DNA of 64,000 nucleotides from Piromyces finnis finn (lineage: Eukaryota; Fungi; Neocallimastigomycota), in NCBI GenBank assembly GCA_002104945.1, contig MCFH01000075.1:62001-126000 (forward strand). The letters run 5' to 3'. This document shows positions 30,827 through 40,741 of this stretch, piece by piece. A program made the position numbers and the translations under genes. The first letter of the stretch is position 1; each line of letters opens with the position of its first letter. The notes beneath the pieces were generated by a model. The model searched no databases, was not told the DNA's origin, and saw only the letters and a program-made list of their open reading frames with translations.

Positions 30827-32266
30827 TTACCACCAGTCACCGTGAACCTTCATGGCATTGGCAACCTTAATGAAACCAGTAATGTTGGCACCTTGGACAA
30901 GAGATGGAAGAGCTGAAACTGTGGCATCAGCCTTCTTGGCAGAAGCCTTAACTTCTCCAAGAACTTCACGAGTGTAAGTGGCTGAATTGTCAACAGATTC
31001 GTTGAAGATGTTGGTCATGATGTTGTTTAATTCTTCATCAACACGAGCTGGAGTCCAGGTCATACGTTGAGAGTTTTGGGCCATTTCAAGAGCAGAAACT
31101 GCAACACCACCAGCATTGGAGGCCTTACCTGGTGCATACCAGAATTGTCCAGTTGGCTTACCAGACTTAACAGATTCGTTGTAGGCAACACGAAGAGCTT
31201 CCATCTTTTGGACTGCGGCATCAGTAGATCCCATGTTGGAACCTTCAGCAACAAGGAAACATCCTGCCTTAACTAAAGCTTCAACATCATCAGCATCGTT
31301 TTCATTTTGTGTAGCACATGGAAGAGCAATGTCAACCTTTGGAAGGTTCTTCCATGGTCTTTGTCCTGGTAACCAAGTGAAACGATCATCCTTGATTTCT
31401 TCAAGTGATCCCTTTCTGACCTTAAGTTCGGCAATGAAATCAATATCAGCATGAGTGAATGGCTTGGAGGCATCCTTAACAATAAGTGCTCCACGAGAAT
31501 CTGATAATGACATAACAATAGCTCCAAGATCAATTAACTTCTTGGCTGCAAATTGAGCAACATTACCGGAACCTGAAACAGCACAGTACTTACCCTTGAT
31601 GTCCTTACCCATGTAAGTAAGCATGTTTAAGACAAAGTAAATTAAACCGTAACCAGTAGCTTCTGGACGGATGTAAGAACCGTTAAGACCGTAACGAGTA
31701 TCCTTACCAGTGAGGACACCAAAGTCACGCTTTTGTTGAAGACGCTTGTAGGCACCATATAAGAAGCCAACTTCACGACCACCAACACCAATATCACCAG
31801 CTGGAACATCAATATCAGCTCCAATGTGACGGTGGAGTTCAGTCATGAAAGCTTGACAGAATCTTCTGATTTCATTATCAGACTTGTCGTGTGGATCGAA
31901 GTTGGATCCTCCCTTACCACCACCAATTGGAAGACCGGTTAAGGCGTTCTTGAAGATTTGTTCAAAACCTAAGAACTTAAGAATGGAAAGGTTAACAGAT
32001 GGATGGAATCTTAAACCACCCTTGTATGGACCAATAGCTGAGTTGAATTGGACACGGTAACCCTTGTTGATTCTGGTGTTACCTTCATCATCTTCCCAAG
32101 TGACACGGAATTGAATAATTCTTTCTGGTTCAACAATAACTGGAAGACATCTCTTAAGATCTGGGTGCTTTTCGAAAACAGTGGATTCGGTTAAAGACTT
32201 GACGATTTCGTCACGAGCTTGTTCGAATTCTGGTTCGATTCCGTGAGTGAATTCAATATCAGACAT
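30827..32266 (-). CDS. gdhA: NADP-specific glutamate dehydrogenase, copy 1 (intronless, 479 aa)
   Basis: EPEFEQA, GYRVQFNSAIGPYKGGLRFHPSVNLSILKFLGFEQIFKNALTGLP, GGGKGG, VPAGDIGVG, RPEATGYG, SGSGNVAQ, KASNAGGVAVS, C-terminal GDWW typical of fungal NADP-GDH; strong codon bias. Confidence 0.97.
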   Translation of the reverse strand: MSDIEFTHGIEPEFEQARDEIVKSLTESTVFEKHPDLKRCLPVIVEPERIIQFRVTWEDDEGNTRINKGYRVQFNSAIGPYKGGLRFHPSVNLSILKFLGFEQIFKNALTGLPIGGGKGGSNFDPHDKSDNEIRRFCQAFMTELHRHIGADIDVPAGDIGVGGREVGFLYGAYKRLQQKRDFGVLTGKDTRYGLNGSYIRPEATGYGLIYFVLNMLTYMGKDIKGKYCAVSGSGNVAQFAAKKLIDLGAIVMSLSDSRGALIVKDASKPFTHADIDFIAELKVRKGSLEEIKDDRFTWLPGQRPWKNLPKVDIALPCATQNENDADDVEALVKAGCFLVAEGSNMGSTDAAVQKMEALRVAYNESVKSGKPTGQFWYAPGKASNAGGVAVSALEMAQNSQRMTWTPARVDEELNNIMTNIFNESVDNSATYTREVLGEVKASAKKADATVSALPSLVQGANITGFIKVANAMKVHGDWW

Positions 32267-32951
32267 GTTTATTCAATTAAAATAGAATATAAAAGATAAT
32301 ATTAAATTTTCTTTAAAAAAGATAGATTTTAATAAAATAATCTATTTCTTTTTTTCTTTTGGCTAAAAAAATCTAAATGATAATTAATTTAATAATTAAT
32401 GATGGAATTTTAAAATTTTGGTAAAATCTCTGCTTATTTATACTCGAATGAAATTTTTTAAAAAATCAAATATAAATTTTAATAAAAATAATGTAATAAT
32501 GTAATATATTTATTTACATTGATTTTAATACATTTTCAAATATATTAATTTTATTAATTATTATTTTTAAATTTGTTTTTTAGAATAGATAGGAATAGTT
32601 TTAAATTTTTAAATATTCGTTTATTTTCAATAACACCATATTTAGAATTTATAAAAGTAGATATATAAATAATTTCTTAATATTTTACATACTTAATATT
32701 ATCAATAATAATAAAATTCTTTTATTTAAATATTTATTTTTACATTTTTTGAATAAGTACCAATTAATTCATTAATATTTTATTTTATTTTAAAATTATT
32801 TTATTTTAAAATATTTAATCATAAGTTAAATATTATTTTTATTATTTTTATAATATTTTATGTAAACTTATTCATTGTTCTTCTAATTAGAATATTTATG
32901 CATTTTTAACATACATTAATGTAAAAATAACATATTTTAATTAAAAAATTA

Positions 32952-33051
32952 TTATCTCCGATTAATTTTGTGTTACATTTCTTATCTCTAAAAATAATTT
33001 GAAATTTGAAATTTTATCAAATTTTTTTAAATTATCAAAAAATGAGTTATC
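32952..33051. promoter_or_regulatory. Cluster of five co-oriented GATAA (TTATC) motifs near the midpoint between divergent GDH1 and GDH2
   Basis: TTATC at 32952, 32982, 33014, 33032 and 33047; analogous clusters upstream of GDH3 and GDH4. Confidence 0.55.
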
Positions 33052-33637
33052 TAAAATCAATAAATCTTTTCAGATGTTAAATCCATAATTATGAATAATA
33101 AATAATAATTATAATAAAAAATAACAGCAATGATCGTGTTTGTAGCAATTATTATAGCTTTTATTAATTCCTTTTTTTGATTTATATAAAATATAGGCTT
33201 TAAGATTTTTATCCTCCAACCTTTCTTTTTTTAAATTTTATATCTATAGATTTAAATAATTTTAAATATTTTAAAATGCTTTTTAAGAAAAAAAGAAAAT
33301 TGGTACGCGCTTTTTTAAAATTAATTTAAAAAAATTAAAAATTATGCAATTTTTAAAATTTTTATGAATTTTCTAATTTATAATTAATTTTTCCTATCAG
33401 AAAGAAAAAGATCGAAAAGATTTTTTAATTTTAAAAATTTTCAATTTAAATTTCAAATAAAATCAATTAAATTCAAATGTAAAATAATATAAGTATTAAA
33501 TATAAAGTAATATAAATTTTATATGTTGTAAAATAAATTATGAATCATTCATCCATTCATTTTTAATTTTTTTTAAAAAAAAAGCGTAAATTAAAAATTA
33601 ATAAAAAGGCAGATTTTTTAAAAAATTTCATTCGAGT

Positions 33638-33645
33638 ATAAATAA
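33638..33645 (+). promoter_or_regulatory. TATA box (TATAAATA) ~170 bp upstream of GDH2, inside the ~200-bp proximal block shared by all four GDH copies
   Basis: cgagTATAAATAagcagag present upstream of every GDH copy. Confidence 0.5.
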
Positions 33646-33812
33646 GCAGAGATTTTACCAAAATTTTAAAATTCCATCATTAATTATTAAATTAATTATC
33701 ATTTAGATTTTTTTAGCCAAAAGAAAAAAAGAAATAGATTATTTTATTAAAATCTATCTTTTTTAAAGAAAATTTAATATTATCTTTTATATTCTATTTT
33801 AATTGAATAAAC

Positions 33813-35252
33813 ATGTCTGATATTGAATTCACTCACGGAATCGAACCAGAATTCGAACAAGCTCGTGACGAAATCGTCAAGTCTTTAACCGAATCCACTG
33901 TTTTCGAAAAGCACCCAGATCTTAAGAGATGTCTTCCAGTTATTGTTGAACCAGAAAGAATTATTCAATTCCGTGTCACTTGGGAAGATGATGAAGGTAA
34001 CACCAGAATCAACAAGGGTTACCGTGTCCAATTCAACTCAGCTATTGGTCCATACAAGGGTGGTTTAAGATTCCATCCATCTGTTAACCTTTCCATTCTT
34101 AAGTTCTTAGGTTTTGAACAAATCTTCAAGAACGCCTTAACCGGTCTTCCAATTGGTGGTGGTAAGGGAGGATCCAACTTCGATCCACACGACAAGTCTG
34201 ATAATGAAATCAGAAGATTCTGTCAAGCTTTCATGACTGAACTCCACCGTCACATTGGAGCTGATATTGATGTTCCAGCTGGTGATATTGGTGTTGGTGG
34301 TCGTGAAGTTGGCTTCTTATATGGTGCCTACAAGCGTCTTCAACAAAAGCGTGACTTTGGTGTCCTCACTGGTAAGGATACTCGTTACGGTCTTAACGGT
34401 TCTTACATCCGTCCAGAAGCTACTGGTTACGGTTTAATTTACTTTGTCTTAAACATGCTTACTTACATGGGTAAGGACATCAAGGGTAAGTACTGTGCTG
34501 TTTCAGGTTCCGGTAATGTTGCTCAATTTGCAGCCAAGAAGTTAATTGATCTTGGAGCTATTGTTATGTCATTATCAGATTCTCGTGGAGCACTTATTGT
34601 TAAGGATGCCTCCAAGCCATTCACTCATGCTGATATTGATTTCATTGCCGAACTTAAGGTCAGAAAGGGATCACTTGAAGAAATCAAGGATGATCGTTTC
34701 ACTTGGTTACCAGGACAAAGACCATGGAAGAACCTTCCAAAGGTTGACATTGCTCTTCCATGTGCTACACAAAATGAAAACGATGCTGATGATGTTGAAG
34801 CTTTAGTTAAGGCAGGATGTTTCCTTGTTGCTGAAGGTTCCAACATGGGATCTACTGATGCCGCAGTCCAAAAGATGGAAGCTCTTCGTGTTGCCTACAA
34901 CGAATCTGTTAAGTCTGGTAAGCCAACTGGACAATTCTGGTATGCACCAGGTAAGGCCTCCAATGCTGGTGGTGTTGCAGTTTCTGCTCTTGAAATGGCC
35001 CAAAACTCTCAACGTATGACCTGGACTCCAGCTCGTGTTGATGAAGAATTAAACAACATCATGACCAACATCTTCAACGAATCTGTTGACAATTCAGCCA
35101 CTTACACTCGTGAAGTTCTTGGAGAAGTTAAGGCTTCTGCCAAGAAGGCTGATGCCACAGTTTCAGCTCTTCCATCTCTTGTCCAAGGTGCCAACATTAC
35201 TGGTTTCATTAAGGTTGCCAATGCCATGAAGGTTCACGGTGACTGGTGGTAA
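33813..35252 (+). CDS. gdhA: NADP-specific glutamate dehydrogenase, copy 2
   Basis: Translation identical to copy 1. Confidence 0.97.
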   Translation: MSDIEFTHGIEPEFEQARDEIVKSLTESTVFEKHPDLKRCLPVIVEPERIIQFRVTWEDDEGNTRINKGYRVQFNSAIGPYKGGLRFHPSVNLSILKFLGFEQIFKNALTGLPIGGGKGGSNFDPHDKSDNEIRRFCQAFMTELHRHIGADIDVPAGDIGVGGREVGFLYGAYKRLQQKRDFGVLTGKDTRYGLNGSYIRPEATGYGLIYFVLNMLTYMGKDIKGKYCAVSGSGNVAQFAAKKLIDLGAIVMSLSDSRGALIVKDASKPFTHADIDFIAELKVRKGSLEEIKDDRFTWLPGQRPWKNLPKVDIALPCATQNENDADDVEALVKAGCFLVAEGSNMGSTDAAVQKMEALRVAYNESVKSGKPTGQFWYAPGKASNAGGVAVSALEMAQNSQRMTWTPARVDEELNNIMTNIFNESVDNSATYTREVLGEVKASAKKADATVSALPSLVQGANITGFIKVANAMKVHGDWW

Positions 35253-35757
35253 ATTAGTTAAAAACTTTTTTTTTTATTTATTTAAAGAAAAGTTTTCTTT
35301 AATATTTCGAAAGGAATATTTTAAAATTCATAAATAATTTTGAAAGTAATTAATTCAAAGAATTTAATTACGAAACATTTAAATTTTCATAACTATCCAA
35401 ATTTATTAAAGTAAAGATTGAAATTAATAATTAAATTATTAATATTAATACTAGTAATAATAATAATATTAACACCTACTACTAATACTAACAATATACC
35501 ATAAAAGTTTTAATTAATTAGTAAAACTTTATAGAGAGAATAATATGTATAAAATTGAACAATTTGTAATTTTTGTAATATAATATAATATAATAATAAA
35601 AAAGTACATTTAATAAAATAATAAAATAAATAAAATATAAAAATATAAATATAAACATATAAATATAAGTATGATGTATTCGTGTAACTTTTCCCCTTTT
35701 TTTCCATTTCAATTCTTTTTATTAAAGGGTATGTTTGTTGAATTAGATATTATTGTA

Positions 35758-36447
35758 AACAATATCAACTATAATTCAAGGGAATGGAAAGAATTTTGCA
35801 AGTGTCAGATTCAATTTGGCATTAACGAAGGAACACTATTCTTGACGGTAATAGCGGAATTTCTCCCAGTTTTTATTCATTTGTGTTTATTTAAACATTT
35901 TTTTTTATTTTTATTTTTATTTTTATTTTTAATTTTTTATATTACATGTATTATAATTTTAATTAAATTAATAATAAAGTTCAAAATATTTGATGCCGTT
36001 AAAAAGAAAAAAAAAAAAAATAAAAAAATAGCGGGATTTCTAGCCAAAATCATGCCTTTTATTATTAGCTAGCAATGGTCAATGTTCAAAGGGTTTGAAG
36101 CAACATCCAAGAACGTCAATACTGAAGAAACAATAAGATAGGCTAGGAGGGCCAGCGCAACCAATGGAGATCATAATTTTGCCTTATGACAAAATTTTGA
36201 TCTTTGGCTCAGTGTCCCATTGGAAGTCAAATACAAATTATTATACTTTAGTATAATAGTGGGTTTCTTACTTTAATTAAAATAACTAGAATGCATTATA
36301 CTCAATTTTTATTCATTTGTGTTTATTTAACCATATTTTTTTAATTTTTATTTTTTTTATTTTTTAATTTTAATATTTATTTTTATAACATGTATTAAAT
36401 TAATAATAAAGTTTAAAAATATTTGATGCCGTTAAAAAAAAAAAAAA
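35758..36447 (+). mobile_element. Old, heavily 5'-truncated family A LINE fragment (ORF end, 3' UTR, poly(A)) interrupted by a nested mini-insertion
   Basis: Aligns to the last ~90 codons and 3' UTR of A1/A3 with many substitutions; ends gatgccgtt(A)14. Confidence 0.85.
35865..36026 (+). mobile_element. ~160-bp family A 3'-UTR-only insertion nested in the old A fragment
   Basis: Ends gatgccgtt-poly(A); flanked by a 15-bp TSD AATAGCGG(A/G)ATTTCT at 35850-35864 and 36027-36041 (one mismatch). Confidence 0.85.
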
Positions 36448-37676
36448 CGAAGATTTTAAAAATAATAATATTAATCAAACTTTGATCTTATTTGTGAATT
36501 TCAATTCCTGGTTAAATAATACATAATTATTTATTTTTTTTTAATTCTCATATTTTAATATAAAATATAAAATCATTGACTATAAAAAAATGCATCATAA
36601 TATGATATTAATATTTAAAAAATTAAGATAAAGTCTCTTATAATGATGTTTATATTATTCAAAGAAAGTTAAAAAAAAATTGTTCCAAATTTCAAACATA
36701 TTTTAGCAATAATAATAATAGGCCTTACAGAAAGTAAAATGATTTTTTCGCAAGTTATTTAAAGTCAATACTAAATTCTTTAGTATTTAATTTATGTTTA
36801 TAAGACTTACAAAAGTTGGAATTGTGATAAGAATAATATTTTTATATTTTATTTCTGTTTCTACATTAAAGGTGTAAAAGCTTTCAAGACGTAGGGAATA
36901 GTTACTTTATAATTTATTATTCTTTTTTATATCTGTTAAAGTTATAGACAGTTTAATCTTAAGGCTTCTTGTAATTAGATATTTATACATCTGTATTTAT
37001 TCTTATTTCACAATTATTCTTGAAACTCTTATTTATAAGCATTTCTATTACATTTCTAATATTTCTATCATTTTATATAATTTTTTGATGAAGGATACAT
37101 ACACTACATACATTTTTTAGTAAAACGAAAGAATTTTGTTGTTAAAAAAAATTAAAAAAGAAATTCAAATCCATTTATTAATTTTTTTATTAGAATAAAT
37201 AAAACTAGGAATAATTAATTTTATAGACAAGAGGGAAAAGGGAATCCATACCGTTTATTGTATATATATAAATCTAAAATGCAAATGCAATGCAATGAAA
37301 ATAAATAATATTATTATTATCATGCTTTATACTTTATGATTAAAACAAATATATCTATTAATCAATTAACTATAAAAAAACATCATTACAAAAATAAAGT
37401 AAAGAAAATCATAGTTAATAAAATTAAGAAATGCAAAATATAAAACCATCTTTTTTTTAAAAACTTACTATTCTTATTTTTAATTAATAATTTTTTGAAA
37501 ATGTGGATTCTTTTCATATTAAATAAAAAATTAAATAAATAATTAAATCACTATAAAATAATGATTTTCATTAGTTTTAATGTAAATTTATTATATATCA
37601 ATGTAATATTTACATATAATCAATTTATTAGCTTTTAATATTAAATTTTTAATATATATTTAATATTCATTATATA

Positions 37677-37756
37677 GATAAAGATCAAAAATCCTTATCT
37701 TTAAATTACATTTTGTTATCGGATTTTTATTCTTATCAAAATTATTTTTCGTTATC
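37677..37756. promoter_or_regulatory. GATAA cluster ~800-870 bp upstream of GDH3
   Basis: TTATC at 37695, 37716, 37733 and 37752 plus GATAA at 37677. Confidence 0.55.
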
Positions 37757-38548
37757 AAAATCTAATAATTTGATATTTTCAAAAGATCATGGCCTATTGA
37801 TCTTTTCAGATGTTAAATCCATAATTATGAATAATAAATAATAATTATAATAAAAAATAACAGCAATGATCGTGTTTGTAGCAATTATTATAGCTTTTAT
37901 TAATTCCTTTTTTTGATTTATATAAAATATAGGCTTTAAGATTTTTATCCTCCAACCTTTCTTTTTTTAAATTTTATATCTATAGATTTAAATAATTTTA
38001 AATATTTTAAAATGCTTTTTAAGAAAAAAAGAAAATTGGTACGCGCTTTTTTAAAATTAATTTAAAAAAATTAAAAATTATGCAATTTTTAAAATTTTTA
38101 TGAATTTTCTAATTTATAATTAATTTTTCCTATCAGAAAGAAAAAGATCGAAAAGATTTTTTAATTTTAAAAATTTTCAATTTAAATTTCAAATAAAATC
38201 AATTAAATTCAAATGTAAAATAATATAAGTATTAAATATAAAGTAATATAAATTTTATATGTTGTAAAATAAATTATGAATCATTCATCCATTCATTTTT
38301 AATTTTTTTTAAAAAAAAAGCGTAAATTAAAAATTAATAAAAAGGCAGATTTTTTAAAAAATTTCATTCGAGTATAAATAAGCAGAGATTTTACCAAAAT
38401 TTTAAAATTCCATCATTAATTATTAAATTAATTATCATTTAGATTTTTTTAGCCAAAAGAAAAAAAGAAATAGATTATTTTATTAAAATCTATCTTTTTT
38501 AAAGAAAATTTAATATTATCTTTTATATTCTATTTTAATTGAATAAAC

Positions 38549-39988
38549 ATGTCTGATATTGAATTCACTCACGGAATCGAACCAGAATTCGAACAAGCTC
38601 GTGACGAAATCGTCAAGTCTTTAACCGAATCCACTGTTTTCGAAAAGCACCCAGATCTTAAGAGATGTCTTCCAGTTATTGTTGAACCAGAAAGAATTAT
38701 TCAATTCCGTGTCACTTGGGAAGATGATGAAGGTAACACCAGAATCAACAAGGGTTACCGTGTCCAATTCAACTCAGCTATTGGTCCATACAAGGGTGGT
38801 TTAAGATTCCATCCATCTGTTAACCTTTCCATTCTTAAGTTCTTAGGTTTTGAACAAATCTTCAAGAACGCCTTAACCGGTCTTCCAATTGGTGGTGGTA
38901 AGGGAGGATCCAACTTCGATCCACACGACAAGTCTGATAATGAAATCAGAAGATTCTGTCAAGCTTTCATGACTGAACTCCACCGTCACATTGGAGCTGA
39001 TATTGATGTTCCAGCTGGTGATATTGGTGTTGGTGGTCGTGAAGTTGGCTTCTTATATGGTGCCTACAAGCGTCTTCAACAAAAGCGTGACTTTGGTGTC
39101 CTCACTGGTAAGGATACTCGTTACGGTCTTAACGGTTCTTACATCCGTCCAGAAGCTACTGGTTACGGTTTAATTTACTTTGTCTTAAACATGCTTACTT
39201 ACATGGGTAAGGACATCAAGGGTAAGTACTGTGCTGTTTCAGGTTCCGGTAATGTTGCTCAATTTGCAGCCAAGAAGTTAATTGATCTTGGAGCTATTGT
39301 TATGTCATTATCAGATTCTCGTGGAGCACTTATTGTTAAGGATGCCTCCAAGCCATTCACTCATGCTGATATTGATTTCATTGCCGAACTTAAGGTCAGA
39401 AAGGGATCACTTGAAGAAATCAAGGATGATCGTTTCACTTGGTTACCAGGACAAAGACCATGGAAGAACCTTCCAAAGGTTGACATTGCTCTTCCATGTG
39501 CTACACAAAATGAAAACGATGCTGATGATGTTGAAGCTTTAGTTAAGGCAGGATGTTTCCTTGTTGCTGAAGGTTCCAACATGGGATCTACTGATGCCGC
39601 AGTCCAAAAGATGGAAGCTCTTCGTGTTGCCTACAACGAATCTGTTAAGTCTGGTAAGCCAACTGGACAATTCTGGTATGCACCAGGTAAGGCCTCCAAT
39701 GCTGGTGGTGTTGCAGTTTCTGCTCTTGAAATGGCCCAAAACTCTCAACGTATGACCTGGACTCCAGCTCGTGTTGATGAAGAATTAAACAACATCATGA
39801 CCAACATCTTCAACGAATCTGTTGACAATTCAGCCACTTACACTCGTGAAGTTCTTGGAGAAGTTAAGGCTTCTGCCAAGAAGGCTGATGCCACAGTTTC
39901 AGCTCTTCCATCTCTTGTCCAAGGTGCCAACATTACTGGTTTCATTAAGGTTGCCAATGCCATGAAGGTTCACGGTGACTGGTGGTAA
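38549..39988 (+). CDS. gdhA: NADP-specific glutamate dehydrogenase, copy 3
   Basis: Translation identical to copy 1. Confidence 0.97.
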   Translation: MSDIEFTHGIEPEFEQARDEIVKSLTESTVFEKHPDLKRCLPVIVEPERIIQFRVTWEDDEGNTRINKGYRVQFNSAIGPYKGGLRFHPSVNLSILKFLGFEQIFKNALTGLPIGGGKGGSNFDPHDKSDNEIRRFCQAFMTELHRHIGADIDVPAGDIGVGGREVGFLYGAYKRLQQKRDFGVLTGKDTRYGLNGSYIRPEATGYGLIYFVLNMLTYMGKDIKGKYCAVSGSGNVAQFAAKKLIDLGAIVMSLSDSRGALIVKDASKPFTHADIDFIAELKVRKGSLEEIKDDRFTWLPGQRPWKNLPKVDIALPCATQNENDADDVEALVKAGCFLVAEGSNMGSTDAAVQKMEALRVAYNESVKSGKPTGQFWYAPGKASNAGGVAVSALEMAQNSQRMTWTPARVDEELNNIMTNIFNESVDNSATYTREVLGEVKASAKKADATVSALPSLVQGANITGFIKVANAMKVHGDWW

Positions 39989-40741
39989 ATTAGTTAAAAA
40001 CTTTTTTTTTTATTTATTTAAAGAAAAGTTTTCTTTAATATTTCGAAAGGAATATTTTAAAATTCATAAATAATTTTGAAAGTAATTAATTCAAAGAATT
40101 TAATTACGAAACATTTAAATTTTCATAACTATCCAAATTTATTAAAGTAAAGATTGAAATTAATAATTAAATTATTAATATTAATACTAGTAATAATAAT
40201 AATATTAACACCTACTACTAATACTAACAATATACCATAAAAGTTTTAATTAATTAGTAAAACTTTATAGAGAGAATAATATGTATAAAATTGAACAATT
40301 TGTAATTTTTGTAATATAATATAATATAATAATAAAAAAGTACATTTAATAAAATAATAAAATAAATAAAATATAAAAATATAAATATGAATATGCTGTA
40401 TTTGTGTAATTTATTATATATTTGTGGAAGTTTAGTGAAATAAATTAATAAAATTTAAATAATATTTTGAGTTTATTATTTTAATTAATTTGAATTAGAT
40501 TTAATCTATAATTTTTATAAATTTATTCTTTAAAAGTATTTCATGATTGATGTAATATGATGTAAGGCAAGGATGTTTGCTTTTCTCTATTTCTAATACT
40601 TTTCAATATTTTAATTAAAAATGTTTAAATAAATATGAATAATATTAATGTCAGTGTAGAAAATAATGCTACTAAAATATTATACTTGCTAATATATATA
40701 TATTATTATTACTATTATTATCAACAATAAATCAACAAATA

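Noticed and set aside
30827-32266. GDH as a bacterial horizontal transfer because it is intronless
   Set aside because: The N-terminal EPEFEQA and C-terminal GDWW match fungal NADP-GDH, so there is no sequence reason to call HGT without a tree.
35758-36447. RIP-like CpA-to-TpA mutation in old LINE copies
   Set aside because: Several CA>TA and TG>TA differences versus young A are visible, but other changes are about as common and polarity is uncertain. The identical GDH copies and near-identical A1/A3 argue against active RIP. A proper dinucleotide-context count would be needed.
36720-37060. Possible decayed transposon-derived coding sequence between GDH2 and GDH3
   Set aside because: All frames are broken and no convincing motif match was found by eye; tblastx against a TE library would be needed.
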